From positions 82,958,001 through 83,022,000 of the forward strand of contig CM052817.1 in NCBI GenBank assembly GCA_028534125.1: a stretch of 64,000 nt of DNA, read 5' to 3'. Position 1 is the stretch's first letter. Each line of letters starts with the position of its first letter. A program made the translations under genes and the position numbers. Below are positions 1 through 14,297 of the stretch, one piece after another. Origin of the DNA: Lama glama (taxonomy: Eukaryota). The notes beneath the pieces are model-generated. The model made no database searches and was not told the origin of the DNA. It saw only the letters and a program-made list of their open reading frames with translations.

Positions 1-1634
1 AGAGAATTCTTTACCAATAAAAATATTTTGTAGATAATCAATTACTGTTAATGGGAATGCATAACCAAGGATTTCAACATTTTTAGTGGACTATAAAGTT
101 GGGTCTTTGAGGTAGATATGAAAATATAAAAAGCTGTCATAAAATTTTACATCAAATACAAAACAGAGTTAGGTAGCATGCTACATAATATCAAAAGTAA
201 CGACTTAAGTGTGATGATAGACTCATAATTTCCTTTACTTTCCATTGCTCCTGCAAAGTTCTCTGGACCTTTCCCTTAGAAATTTCAGGGTTATGCCTAA
301 AAATTCATTTTGCTCTGTTCCAGCTAATATATACCTTAGGAAGTATTTTTTGGAGTATATGAACTTGCATTTAAATATTCAACGCCTTTCTTATACTTTT
401 TGATTCAGAGGTTGCTGATTCCCACATCTCACTTTCTTAATTCCTGGCATCCTTCTTTCAATCCCTTAGTCTTTGCCTTTATGAATCACATTTAGAAATG
501 CTTCAGTTCCTTCCTATATCACACACTGGAACTTAGGCTCCTTTGTTTTTCATTATATTTCATAAGGCTTTCTTCCCAATAACGCTTTACTCTTCTACCA
601 CTTCCTTTTTATTTTTAAGCCCCAGTTTCCGCTTGCTAATTACTTCCAATGTAAAAGACTCTGATAATGTGATTATAACCTATCAATGGAATATGGAAGT
701 GGTGAAACCAAACTAAAAGGAGCTGAGGGACTATAGCAGAGCTTAGTAGGAGCAGCAAATGATTACTGGGCTTAGGAAAGGAAAACGACGGAGTAGGAGT
801 AATACAGGTTAGCATACTAAGCACTACTAAAATGTAACTTTCTTACTTTTAGTGGTATCATAAACTGATTTGCCTATGTGTCCAACTCAGGGAGAGACAA
901 AAATCACTACATGGCCAATTGCTGTGAAGAAAGAAGAAAGTGTATAGATAAGGAGACTACAGAGAAAGTGACCAAACTAGGCCAGTTCTAGGCTGAAAGA
1001 AGAGATGGTAGTTTCACCAAGGTCTTCAAACTCCACACGTTCAAGGTGCACCAGAAAAGTCATGAAGCTGCAATCAATTACTGCAATCAAACTTTCTCAC
1101 ACTGAAGCCTAGTTCTAATAGTTGCAAATGAAGTTAATGGGTATCGCACAAGAATTCTGTATTTTCATATACCCTATCGGTTTGATTGTTTATATATAAA
1201 TTGTAAGTATTTTATGCTACATGAAATTTTATCTACAATTCTATGGGAATATTCACCTGCCATATTCCTCCTATTCCCAAATGTACCAAGAAGGGGGTGG
1301 ACAGTGACAAATTCATGAAAAATACCAAAGAAAGAATTACACTTATAATTGCACTTATGATTCATATTATTTACTTATGGTAGACTAAAAATTCACATGT
1401 AAAAATGTAGACAGGAAACATTTACATATAGTTACATTTCCATAATGATTATATTATGGGGAAATGGTATTATACCCTGATATAGAAATAGCCAAAAAAA
1501 AAAAAAAACGCTCTAAGATTTAACTACTTTCCAGGATTATTTGGTTTCAATTTTTGCTCTATTACCTGAGTGCTTGTACTCTCAAGTCCTGTAGTATTGT
1601 GTTTCAAAGAGGAAATTGTTAGTAAAGTACTTAC

Positions 1635-1720
1635 CTTAAATAAGAGAACAAGCTTGAGCTTAGGGTTTCCAAATACAAAAATTAAATTATCATTTGAGAA
1701 AAAAATACTACACATAAATT
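1635..1720 (-). other. Candidate 86-nt internal exon of an unidentified transcript (only open frame: xFMCSIFFSNDNLIFVFGNPKLKLVLLFK)
   Basis: Minus strand: acceptor aaccttcttttgtttAG, consensus donor AAG|GTAAGT (1634-1629). One frame is stop-free. Peptide not recognised; such signals can arise by chance. Confidence 0.3.
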
Positions 1721-1809
1721 CTAAACAAAAGAAGGTTTTCATTTTTTTTCCTTTTCTTTAGATGGGATCATTTTTAATGAGCTATCTTCAAGTGCACTTA
1801 TCTTTGTCA

Positions 1810-2620
1810 TCCCCATGTTAATTTTAAGACCATACCTTAAAATATTTATTTTAAATATTGTATCTTTTGTTCTAAATTTTCATTTGGTTTCTTTTTATAT
1901 TATCAGTTTCCCTGCTATTTCCTATCTTTTCATCATTTTTTTCCTCGACCATCTTAAGCATACTTATAATACCAGATTTAAAGCCTTCCTCCAACAATTC
2001 CAACTCTGGGTATACCTTGGAGTTGGCCTCTTTGGATTATATTTTCCTGGTTCTGTGAATGTCTATTAGTTTTGGATTGTATCCTGGATTTACCGATATT
2101 CTGTGTGTAGACTGAATTCTATTATATTTTTTGAAGGATATTGATGTTTATATTTCAGCAGATACTTAACTAAGTTAGTCTTAAATTGCAAAGCATTTTC
2201 TCCATATGAGTGGTAATTCAAATTTCAGTTCAGGTGTTTTAGCCTTAGCTGAAAGCTATACTGAATCAGTTCTTTGTATCCATGGTTGTCCAAGAGAGTT
2301 GGGCAAAGTTTACAGACCAAAAATTGGGGAACTCCTTTTGTGATCCTATCTTTCCAGGATTCCACCCTCATTTTCTAGTGATGACTGCTTCACACAGATT
2401 CTCCCCTGGCCAAAAAGTTAGTATGTTTCTATTAGTGATTTTGACAACCCATGATACTGCATGACATAGGCCACCTGCAGCTTAAAGCTCCAAAAATGCT
2501 ATGCCAGTGTCTCCTGCCAAGTTTCAGTTTGCCTCCCTTGTTTTTGTTCACTCTCCAGAGCTTTTAAGCTTTAAAAATTTTTTGTCCAAATTCTATAGTT
2601 ATCTTCATAATAGATAGTAC
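1810..2620 (-). mobile_element. Old LINE-1 (L1M) fragment
   Basis: T-rich degenerate L1-like antisense sequence (tttcatttggtttctttttat..., cttaagcatacttataat...aattccaactctggg). Confidence 0.45.
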
Positions 2621-4639
2621 ATTAGAGTGAGATTCACCCATGCTTTTGCATTTATCAGCAGTATTTTTTAAATTGATTCTTCAATTAATATTATTTTAAA
2701 TTCCATTTGCATCTCTTAATTCATATGAATAATATGGGCAACAAGGCTTTAAAGTTTGGAAATACAGGACTTCTGAAAATACACTTTAAAAAACACATTT
2801 GAACTAAAGGTGCAATGGTTAGCATTTCTTACATAGTATGTTAAATATAAAAACAGATTATGAACTTAAACTACTGTCGGACAACTCAATCTGAAAAAAA
2901 ATATTGAAACCAAGTTAGAAATACATATCTTCATTAAAACACAGTCTTTCACATAACCTATTTCATTCTCTAACAAGATGATAACATAAATAGGTATAGA
3001 TATATGACACTTAGGTATATGGATAATCCTTTCAACTCCAATTAACTGAGAATCTTCAAGTCTCACTAATATAATGTTTCAGTTCCATGTTAATTTCAAA
3101 AATAATTCAAGAAATTAGTACTATTTCTAATTATCTCAAAATTACCCCCAATTCCTTCCATGTGGGCCAATGAAGTTAGGCCAAGAAAATATTACTGAGA
3201 ATACTGATGTACTTGGTCTCTGTTGCATAGATTCTTAGTGTTAAGAAAGACTGTCACCAGGAACGAAGTTCAATTTTGAAAGAGCCAGTTAGTGGATTAT
3301 ATCATATAGTGGTGGTTGAGATATAGTGATACCATAGAAAAGGACATGATTCATTTACAGAAAACTGCAAGTGAATGGATAAAAATAATGATGGGGATAA
3401 CAATAAAAATAGCAGCTAGTTTCTTTCAGTGATTTTAGGCATCATCAGGGTATCCTAGCATTGCTGATAATCTCTTACCAAAAGGCTCAGGTAACAAGTT
3501 ACCCTCCCAAATCTTACTGAATTATTCTCTATTTGGTTTCTCCATCTCATGGCCCTAGGCATTACCAAACTTCTCACTGGTGGGCACTTTTTTCTTCTAT
3601 TATGATTAGACTCATATAAGCTATGTAATCTTCCAGATAGCAAAGAATTATACAATTACAGATACTCAGAGCTAACTGTGCCTAAGCATTGTATCTGTAG
3701 GACATATCATTCTAGATTATATCTAAGTTAGGCTATAAGTAGATGCCATGCTAATAAATGATTTTTAGTCAGGGTAAGTTTCTGTTTTAAACATGAGGCC
3801 TTTGTCCAAAAGAAAAAGCAGGAGCGTCGGGAGGGATACATATATTAAGAAAGGGTGGAAAGTCAAACAGGAATTATCTTGGTTACATAGAAAATAAGGA
3901 ATAATGGAAACTTCATCTATTAGAGTACCAGATCTAGGTAGGGTTTTATATTTTAGCATCTTGACTCTTCTTTGTGTGTGAGTATGTGATAACTGAATAT
4001 CAAGTGGTATGTCTTATCAAGAAACAAGTCATAATATTATATGTCATATGTCAGTTATACCTCAATAAAAAATAAGCAATGCTATTATTGAAAGATCTGT
4101 AAAAAGAAGGAAAATTATATAGATTGTACTTTTTTTACAGTTGTTTCTATTAAATTTATGTCAGTGATGAACACGTAATTTCAAAAAGTCATAATCATAT
4201 ATATTACTACATATGTCATATCAAAATTCATATACTTCCTTTGAATTACAACCAAAATGCTTACTGTATTGACATGTATGTAGCATGATCTACAATTACA
4301 ATATTTTGTTATAACATAAACATTGCCAATGTCTATAATTAATTTGTTGGCAGTCTTGAGTTTTGTGTTTTTTTTCCCCCCGTTTGGTTGTTTTGAGAAG
4401 TTATCATCATGCAGCAATTTTAATCCACTTAAATTTAGACAATTGTCATTGTTTGGTTTTGCTTCCTTCTCAAGGATCCTTTTACAGAAAATAAAATGTG
4501 TACTGATTATTTAAAGTTTAAAATATAATCATTTTAATCATTTGACTTCAAAAATTTTGAAATCATATTATCAAGCCCTACATTAAAAGGGAGCAGCATA
4601 TCAATCATAGAATGTAAGAAATAGTAGAATGCTAACTAA

Positions 4640-5400
4640 TCAATGTAGAAAGAATAAACAAAACAGACATTCATCATTTAGTAACCAACATAGTAGTAGT
4701 TGTTGATATACATTAAGAATCATCAATGGATGCTAAAGCCAGTGGGTGAAAGTTTATGAGGTATAGAATATTAGAAAATATTGGAATATCAACCCACAAA
4801 ATATCAGTCAAATGCAAAAGGGAAAATAGTGACTTGACTTAGGCAAAAAAGCCTGGGCTGAGTCTGTTCATGAAGGAATGCTAGACAGACCCAGATTGAG
4901 GGCACTTGATAGAATGAAATGATTGTATTCTGTAAGACTATCAAGGACATGAGAGACAAGGAAAGAATTAGGAACAGATCACAGAAAAATGATAAGCTAA
5001 GTGCAGCATGTATTTCTGGACAGGATCTGGGACAAGAAGGAAAAAGAGACATTGCTGGGACAATTGGTAAAATTTGCATGATAATATTAAATCAATGATT
5101 TCTTGACTGGGAGAACTGTGTGATGGCAATGTAGGAGAATTTTGTTTTGTGGGGGAGAGAGAGAGAGAACATATGCATTATTGTGTTAATCTGAGTCTAG
5201 AATATACTTTGGGAGGTAATATACCTTCTTGTACTTAGAGAGTTCTTTGTACTTAGAACTTAGACATTCTTTGTACTGTCTGGCAAGCTGAATGCAAATT
5301 TTAAACTAATTCAAACTATTTCAAACTATTTTATCTATTTTATCATAGATAAAAATAAAGAAGCAAATTTAAAATGATGAATGAAAATAATGAAAAAATT
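4640..5400 (+). mobile_element. Old LINE-1 3' UTR (L1MC/L1ME-like)
   Basis: Motifs atcaatggatgctaaagccagtgggtgaaagtt and gacattgctgggacaattggtaaaattt; A-rich end. Confidence 0.6.
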
Positions 5401-8400
5401 AAACCCTTTGTTCCATCCTGTGAGACTTAGAATATTATTACACCATTATTGATCTGGATATTTGGCAAATAGATTGTCTTTGAATTTTGTTTCATATTTT
5501 TATCTTCCCCATGCAGATGAAAAGGATGTAATTTTTTGCCACATATGTAACGCTCTTCAGAGTTTGGCTCCAGAGCATAGTGATTAGTTGGAAGACCCTC
5601 TGGAATTTAAAGGAAGAGTCAGGTCATCTCTCTCCCAAGATAGAACTCAGTAAAATGAGGCTGACTGAAGCTCAGTAGCTGAGTTCATTTGTTTATCAAA
5701 TATTGGCTGACTGATGCCTGACCTCTTGGAACTAGCTGAGTCCCCTGGCTGACTGGTTGGCTGAACTCCTGGTCTCTCTTCCCTCAACCCCCCCCCCCCA
5801 CCAACTCCTGTTTCTGCCTTTGCTCGTTTAGCTGGTTGGCTGCCCTCCCTAAGGCTACCGAGATGTTGCCAAAAGATTGAGAGTACCGGTAATGATAATA
5901 AAATTGACTCAATACAGGCAGAGACCTCAGATAAAAACAAGAAAAATTCAAAGTAAAATAGCATTACTGGATGCTAAAGTGTGTAGCAGTAAATCTCGTT
6001 GATTATTTCAACTAGTTGACCATTTTCCAATTACTATGAAGTAAAAGAATAGTGGCATAATTTCACATATACCTCTTTTTTGGCCAATGACATTATTGCT
6101 TTAAATCTAGTAGTAAATTAACAAAATGTAGTAAAAGTAGAATAGAGAGGTAAGAAAAGATTTAAAATGTAATAAGTAGTTTGTAGGTCTAGGCATTATG
6201 CTTGGCTTTTGAAATAATCTTAGCCTTACATCTGTATATAGTGAGGGAACTAAAGGCCATAAGGTAAGAGCCCAAATTGTGCTTGGGTTGTGTCAGACTG
6301 CACACAGACACACAACTTATTAGCAAACTGATCTCCCTTGAAAAAATCTATTTATGACGCAGTACATATTGGACCAACGTATTGGTACCAATCTCAGTAA
6401 ACCCTGGGCACATTTACCTTCCAAGCTGAATGATCAATTAGTTATACCTTCTACTTCATGCATTTCATGAAATTCTCAATATTTTTATATAATCCTTTAG
6501 CTATTCAATGTCATGTGACTGCTTTCATTAATAGTATATATGTATGTGTTTGTGATGGAGTGAGAATCAGGGTATTCCATATAATTACTGCTTTATTACC
6601 TTGCCTAAACAGATATGTCATATTTTCTTTTTCTTACACTTACATTATTGCTTATCTATTGGAAGTACAAGTTATTGTGATAATAAATGACAGTGTAATT
6701 AATCATCCTTTCCTAATGGCATAGATATTTTTAAAAGTTCATTGAAAAACTCAAAAGAGATTGCAATCATTATAAGGATTCTAATCATTACAAGCATTTG
6801 GGTTCAAATGAATAGCAAAAAAAGTTCTTTCAGACAGGGAGTTCCTTAAACCAAAATATGTCAGCCATGCCAACTGCTTCCAGTACAATCTAGACACTTG
6901 TTTGGCAAAGTGGTTCACGGAAGTACCTCTAATGATGAGAAAGAGAAGTCTTCTGAAGTGGACTGTGAAAGTCAGGAAACTTCTTTGAAATTACAAGTTT
7001 GTATGTTCAGGTTGTAATAAATTCTGTATTATATCTGCAGCACATTAAAATGAAAATTACTCACTCTTCTGTAAAATTAGCATTCTAGAAGCTGTGTCAT
7101 GGTCACTTAGTGTTTCCCCTAACCTCCCATACACTGTGCTACCAGCTAAGTTCATGCTCCACTTTGAGACGAGGAACTTTCTACAACAAAAGAAGAGTTA
7201 AAATAATTAGAAATATTTGAAGAGATAATGTAATTTAGCACTTACTCAGTCACTATCTAAGTGACAACCTTTCTGCTTCTGCAAAAAGTTTTCCTTTTTT
7301 ACTGATTTATGTTCAGAAGCCATAAAATTTGAGTCTATGTGTATGTTATGTATGCATATGCATTCCTCCCAATAGTGAATCTGACTGGATTCATCCAGTT
7401 TCCCCATCCAATTCCATTTTGTACCAAAGATTTGACTTTGACTTTGTCAGAACAGAGAAGGCTACCAAATATTTCAGTTTAGGTCATGAAACAGAAAAAA
7501 AAAAAATCTGTATCCATCACTGTTAAGGATATTCTAAATACTGAATGCCCTCAGGATGAAGAATGGCTTATTTCTTCCAGTTTTGTAGAAAACGTGCCCT
7601 TTGGCATTATTGGTAAACACTGGATAAAGGCATTTATGAATTAAAGAATCATTCAATAAGTCTGAGTAGACATCTAAACCAAATCACAGAAAATGGATTA
7701 ACCAAAATAGCAAATTCAGAAAATTAAAACTGAAGATTTTACTATTGCTTATATGACTGTACCATACACATATAGCCGATTTCAATAACCAGTTGTAAAA
7801 ACTATTAACATAAGGAACTGAGCCAGGAGAAATAAAATAATACTTTTGTACAGTCCAAGAAGTTGAAAAATACAACATTCCATAAAAACCATTTCCAGTG
7901 ATGTCTTAATTGTTGCAAAACAAAGAAATGTCATTCTTAAGTTAGCACAGTGTTCTAAAGTTATCAGCCAATACTATTTGATATATATTCCCTTAATCAT
8001 TCTCAAAAAGGATACTGAATATTTTGGACAGCTAATTTAAAACTGAGCAGCACATGGCCAGCTAAAGGGAATAACTTGTGGGAGGGGTGGGAGATCCTCT
8101 TTCTATCCTGTTCAAGAAAGCTGTAATATAGAACACTTTAAATCAATCAAAACTGTGAAAAGACATGGGTAAAATTATCTGAGGCCCATACTGGGTCATC
8201 ATTCTAAAATTTCCCTAATACTTTCTAGAGATAGTAATGAGTAAAATGTCTATAGAAAGGTCTGGATGGGAACAGGAAGGAGATGTTTATTTGAAAGATT
8301 TTGGGAGGTTCCTGGCTGTATTCAAATCAGTCTGCAAATGGTGTCAGCAAAGATGAAAGAATGAACACAGTGGTAAAGGCAAGATGTTCACAGAAGCAAG

Positions 8401-10894
8401 GAATTAATTCCAGAAAAAGAAACAAAATGTCAGTGGTTGTCAGTAATCACTAAATGGATTTTTCAAACTGAGCTCAAAGTTAATCATATGATGTTTAATA
8501 CATCTGTTCTATAGTATTTTGATTTCTTAACATAACTTAATGTTGTTCAACATTTTAGCTATTCCTAGGAATACTATGAAAGGGAAATATATTTTGGACA
8601 CTCTTTAGTCATTCTTCATTCCACACTTGATTTGTATTGTTTTGTTACCATTCTTTGAAGAGAATAAAAAGCCTGAGACAATGTGTCATATATTTTTTTA
8701 AATGGTGAAAGACTTGGTAAGTCAAATGACTTTTCTTCTTACATTGCTTATTTTATCAAAAGTGCTCAGTAGTTGGAGAAGCTGGAATGTCCATGATCAA
8801 AATATATGAAATGATACCAAGGCAAGGCAGGAAAGCACAACAGTATGAGTACTCTTTCCGGTTGAAAGTTCAGTTTAATCTAGTCCTTGGCAAAATAGAA
8901 TACATAGGATAAGCGATTTTTAAAAAGAAATGTATTTCATTATTTAACTGGAAATTCTGTGGTGTAGCTGAATCTGGGAATTTGTAAGATATCATTCACA
9001 GCTCACTTTCTCTATCTGTCTGTCAGGCAGGTTATCACCAGGTAATGGGCAAGAAGCTGACTGAAACTCAAGATATATATGACATATGTATATTTACAGC
9101 TTTGCAACATTAGGGATAAATTTAGTATTATAGGTAATATTTTCTTAATGGCTGGAAAAAAAAAAAGCCTCCCTGGATGTCTGAGCCCATACCTGAAGCA
9201 CTTTATAGAAAATGAGCATCTCATAAGAATGAGAGGTTTATTTTTAATCAGCAGAAAAATAAAAGAACAAAATAGACACTTAGCAGTCTAGCAATCAATA
9301 TAAATTTAGACACTAAGAGTATTACCATGGCCCATAAAAGATTTTTTTTGTTTTAACTTCATAAGGGGGGGTCAGGTGCATCAGAGTGTATCTGAATGTG
9401 AAGAGAATTACAAGTGTTGCGGAAGAGTAGGTGGCATTCCAAAAATGTAAATCAAGTAGCCAAGAATGTGTTTTAATATTTTAATAGCCCTAGGCTTTGT
9501 AATAAATTTTTGTAGGGTGAGACAGCTTTTTAAAAATATATATATATGAAACTTTTGTTTTTAAAATCAAAGTCAGTCACTAGAATTTAAATTTAATGGC
9601 TGTGGACTCTTAAGTGGTAGGGTTTCAAAATCAATTGATTATTTTTGTGTCTTTTAGGGAATGTATTTTCAATTATTAGCAGTGTACAATATTACCTATT
9701 CTTTCTCTTATTAACACATTCCACCAAAAATGCAACATGGAGACTCCTATTAATGTTAATGTGATAAACTGAAATTTTTCTTACCAATTCTTTCCACAAT
9801 CAATCAAAATACCAGAATTTTTAGAACCTGTTTAAAGTGGAAATATCAAAATTAAATATATTGAAGTAGAGTTAATATTTCTCTCTTTGTTAAAACTAAA
9901 GTTATCCCAATAGTCTAAAAGAAATCTTTTGGTGAATTTCTATAATACGACCCATAGTAGAGACATGTGATCTTTAGTAATCCACCAGAATTTCTATTTC
10001 TTATTATTCATATGTGAAATGAGAATTAAAAGAGTATTCTATAGTCATAAAAATGCTTTGCAAATACTAACCAGTACAAAAATTAAGTGTTACTTTTAAA
10101 TTATATTTTCAAGTCATTTTTTTTTTTTTGGTTTTAAAAATATCAGTTTACTCCACCTAAGCTAAAAACTTATAATCTTTGTATAGTTCAGAGTTGTATT
10201 AAATGTTCATGTTTTAACACATGAATTAATTCAAAATTGGCATACGCATATTTAATGTTGATGTGTAAGTTAACATCTATCCACAGCTGCTTGATTTCAA
10301 ACACCTAAGCACCAAGATGTGTTTGTAAAAATATAAAGCCAGATGTTTTTTGTATGGGTTTATATTGCCCATTAGGGAAAAGAAAAGAAGAATATCAATA
10401 GTGTAGAGATTATAAATATGATGGCAATATCATCACCAAATTTATTTCTATGTGAAGCTCTGTAATAGTGCCTGTAATTTTATCTGTTTTCTTTCTAATT
10501 AAAATGGCATTTCTTTCCCCTTATTTGTATATTTCCTTTGTCATCTTTATACTTTTTCCTCCCAAGATGTGTGTTTCTTCTTAAATTTTTTGGATTTTGC
10601 ATTAAATAAACCGAGAGACTAGTAATGCCATAATTCAGACTTGAGAATCACATAACATAATAAGAGTTTTGCTTTGTTTTGTTTTTTGGCCTCAGCTACT
10701 TATTAATCATAACCTGGGGTACGTTGAAATACACAAAATCAAAATTTATGTCTTGATGGGAAAAAAAACAACAAGATAGGTCCTCAAGAAGATGTATTTT
10801 CTGTCCTAGCTTACATCTACTTAGAAAACAACTGTGAACATGGTTCTATGCAGTTGTCATTCAAGAAACCTGAGAACAGAATCAGTCACTGCAT

Positions 10895-11886
10895 ACTAAG
10901 CATAATTCATTCATTTATTCATTCATTCCTTTATTCAACAGGTAAATTATTCAGTGCTACCAAGTGCCTGGTTTTATCCTCAGTAATAAGTATACAGCAG
11001 TGGAAAACAGACACTATCTCTGCCATCCAGGAGCAGACAGTCTAATAAGGTCTGCTCGATTTTTTTAAAGTTCTACAGATTAAGTGTACAATTAGAACTG
11101 AAAGGAAGATTGTAGGGGAAAATATTAGCTGCTATGAAAGAATATAGACAGGGAACCTAGACAATTTGCTTATTCTTCATCTAATGGATCAAGAAGGGCC
11201 ACCTGAAGGAAGCAGCAATCAACTAGTGCATGACACAAAAGTTGAAGGCAGTCAGATAATATTAAATGAGGGATTTCAGGTAAAGAACTAACTTAAGACA
11301 AAGCCCTACAGCATAAGGAGCTTGAAATCCTAAAGCAAACTCAAAAAGATGAGTGGGATACAAACATGTAGAGCACAGGGTATCAGAGGTTGGCAGTAAA
11401 TCAGAAAATAAATGTGGAGAGAGCAGAAGAGAAAAAAATAGGGAGAGAGCATCAAATTACATAAAATCTCTAACAAGTCCTACAGGATTGTAAACTATTG
11501 CCAGATTTTCATGGGGGATGAAGATATTTGCATTCGAAATAAGTCATTCTCTTTGTTCTACAGAGAATGGATTCTAGGCAGTGGTTGTGAAGAAGAAGGG
11601 AGACTAATTAGTAAGCTTCTGCAGTACTTGGGCACTAAGTCATAAAGGCCAAGGCTAATTAGGTCAGCAGAGAGAAGGGATTTGAGACACATTATAGATG
11701 TAAACTTGTCACGACTTGCTTAACTTATCAGACATGAGGAAGAAGAGAAAATGGGACCAAGAGTGAACCCATCCCAATATAAATGAAGTTGTTTATTAAG
11801 ATAGGATATTAATATTAAGATATTAAAGGAGAAGCATATCTGAGATAGAAAATTAGCATGAATTTTTGACATGCTTAGATTGTGAC
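10895..11886 (-). mobile_element. LINE-2 3' region
   Basis: (ATTC)n tail signature attcattcatttattcattcattcctttattcaaca followed by purine-rich antisense L2 body; interrupted by an LTR at 11887. Confidence 0.7.
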
Positions 11887-12240
11887 TGCAATGGATTGAA
11901 GGTTTGTGTCTCCTCAAAATTCACATGTTGAAATCTTAACCCCTCATCGTGGTGCTATTAGGAAGTGGGGCCTTTGGAAGGTACTTAGGTCATGAAGGTA
12001 GAGCCATTTTGAATGAGATTGATGCCCTTATAAAGGGGACCCCAGAGAGCTCTCTCAACCCTCTCGCCATGTGAGAATGAGAAGACACAGTTTGCAACTC
12101 AGAAAGGGCCCTCACCAGAAACTTTGCTGCACGATGATCTCGGACTTCCAGGCTTCAGATCTATGAGCAATACACTTCTGTCATTTATAAGCCACCCAGT
12201 CTATGGTACTTTGTTATAGCAGTCCTAACGGACTGAGACA
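11887..12240 (+). mobile_element. MaLR solo LTR (MLT1A-like) inserted in L2
   Basis: Starts TG (tgcaatggattgaaggtttgtgtctcctcaaaattcacatgttgaaatc), ends CA (ctatggtactttgttatagcagtcctaacggactgagaca); ~355 bp; degenerate 5-bp flanks gtgac/gagat. Confidence 0.85.
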
Positions 12241-12394
12241 GAGATGCTTGTGAGACAATCAGTTAGAGAAACTAGGGGGTGAGTAGCAGGAGAAGGGGTC
12301 TGGGAATCAAAAGAGAAGTTCGACCTGTTGTAAACTGTGCACGTTGTGAGTCATGACAGTGGCTGTAACCACCTAGAAGGAGCCTCATCTACAT

Positions 12395-12547
12395 CCAGAA
12401 GGAACAAACCTACTATCAGCTTGAGTTTAGCCCAGGGAAACCGACTGTGGATTTCTGACCTCTAGGTCTGTAAGAAAATACATTTGTGTTGTTTCAAGAC
12501 ACTAAGTTTGTAGTAATTTGTTACAACAGCAATAAGAAGCTAACACA
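12395..12547 (+). mobile_element. MaLR LTR 3' fragment (MLT1C/D-like)
   Basis: tttctgacctctaggtctgtaagaaaatacatttgtgttgtttcaagacactaagtttgtagtaatttgttacaacagcaataagaagctaacaca is a typical MLT1 terminus. Confidence 0.8.
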
Positions 12548-12949
12548 ATCATCAGTTACAACAAACTCAACAAGACGTTACTCCTTCACTTTATCCTACA
12601 AGCAGAGCGAGGTGTAGAGAGAACAATTAGAGCTGTGAGGAAGATAACAATAATCACCAAATATGCAGTTTACTGTCTATAAGATATGAATCAGTGCTGT
12701 ATCTAACCATCTAACCCAGCAATTTTATCCTAATGTTATGAAATTGACTACACCCATACAGACATACACAAATACATTTCTATCTTTACAAAAAGCATAT
12801 TGAACCATTTTTAGTATTGTTATTTCTTCCCTCATTAATTAATGAGTTGAATACTTGACAAGTATTCATTGTATATTCATATTAGAGTTATGATTTTACG
12901 TTTTTGAAAGTATAACTTAACAGAAGAAAAGCTATCAAAGGAGTCTTAG

Positions 12950-13560
12950 GAAAAACAAATATATTAATAAGAGACTCAGGAGAGAATGGCATTCTGGAAG
13001 CCAGAGGATAGGAATTTTAAGAAGTGTTGATAGTACAAATGTGCAAATACGACCAGCAGGTGGAAGACTTAGATGACTGATTGGGACATGACCAGTAGGA
13101 AGAGGGAAATATTAGTTGACAAGGTTTAAAAGAACTAAATGAATTGAGAAATCAGTGGGAGATAAGGAAAAAGAGACAGTAGGATCAGTGATTCCTCCAA
13201 GAATTTGAGTAATGATGGAGAGAAAATAAGACATGAGATGTCAGTTAAGAAAGCAGTACTGTGAGAAATAATCTCCTTAGGGTGAGGAAGATTTGATGAG
13301 GAAGGCGCTAGCAAGGAAAACAGGACGGGAGTTCAAAAATACAGGGAATAGGAGAGGGAGGAGAGTTATTGGAGAAAGGTACTGAGGACACACTCGAAGC
13401 AGTGAAGAAACTTCCTTGTGAAAGCGAAGGAAAATGTCTTCCTCTGCATTAGAAAGGAAAGAAGAGAGGTAAACGGGAGGTTTTAGAGTGATTTCACACC
13501 CAGTAAAAACTGTTTTCTTACTGGCTTCAGAATGAGAATATTTGACCTATGACTGTGGCT
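12950..13560 (-). mobile_element. Degenerate LINE-2 fragments
   Basis: Purine-rich antisense L2-like sequence (caggagagaatggcattctggaagccagagga...). Confidence 0.5.
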
Positions 13561-13684
13561 TAAATTGGGAATGGGTGGGATTTTTAACACAGTATGAGAA
13601 ATTCGAAGAAGGGTGAATAAATGAGCCATCAAGCATCACTGGGGAAAAACTGGGGCTCAAAATCTGTATTAACATCAGTCAGAC

Positions 13685-13962
13685 CCAAAGGGGAAAGGAG
13701 GGGAGGGATGAATTAGGAGTTCTGGATTAATAGACATACACTACTATATATAAAAATAGGCAAAGAACAGGACCTACTTTTTAACACAGGGAACTATATT
13801 CAATGTCTTGTAATAAGCTATAATGGAAAAGAATCTGAAAATATATGCCTGTGTACATATATATGTATGTGTGTGTGTGTATAACTGAATCATTTTGCTG
13901 TACACCTGAAACTAACATTGTAAATCAATTATACTTCAGTAAAAAATAAATTAAAAAATAAT
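13685..13962 (+). mobile_element. Artiodactyl-type LINE-1 3' end
   Basis: acatacactactatatataaaa...acagggaactatattcaat...tgctgtacacctgaaactaacattgtaaatcaattatacttca followed by an A-rich tail. Confidence 0.85.
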
Positions 13963-13999
13963 AGGTCAGAGCAATCTGATCAATTCTTTTTTTTTCCTA

Positions 14000-14190
14000 T
14001 TTTTTAAACATTCTTTTTATTGAGTTATAGTCATTTTACAATGTTGTGTCAAATTCCAGTGTAGAGCACAATTTTTCAGTTATATAGGAACATATAGACA
14101 TTCATTGTCACCCTCTCTTTCGCTGTGAGCCACCACAAGATCCTGTATATATTTCCCTGTGCCACACAGTACAACCTTGTTTATCTATTC
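14000..14190 (-). mobile_element. Young camelid-type LINE-1 3' end (5'-truncated)
   Basis: ttttattgagttatagtcattttacaatgttgtgtcaaattccagtgtagagcacaatttttcagttat... antisense L1 tail preceded by a T-tract. Confidence 0.8.
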
Positions 14191-14297
14191 TTTTTAATAT
14201 TCTCAAATCTTCTCTTCAAAATCTCCTAAACACAGTGTTTTTCAGCATTTGCTTATTTCAAATGTTGATTTCAGTTTTGATGTTCAGTTTTTAGATC

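Noticed and set aside
5226..5335. Short local direct duplications (also ~1068, ~35757, ~44353, ~57346)
   Set aside because: 10-18-bp slippage-type duplications, common in mammalian DNA.
7245..7277. 33-nt minus-strand exon candidate with GTAAGT donor
   Set aside because: Stop codons in all three frames and no other support.
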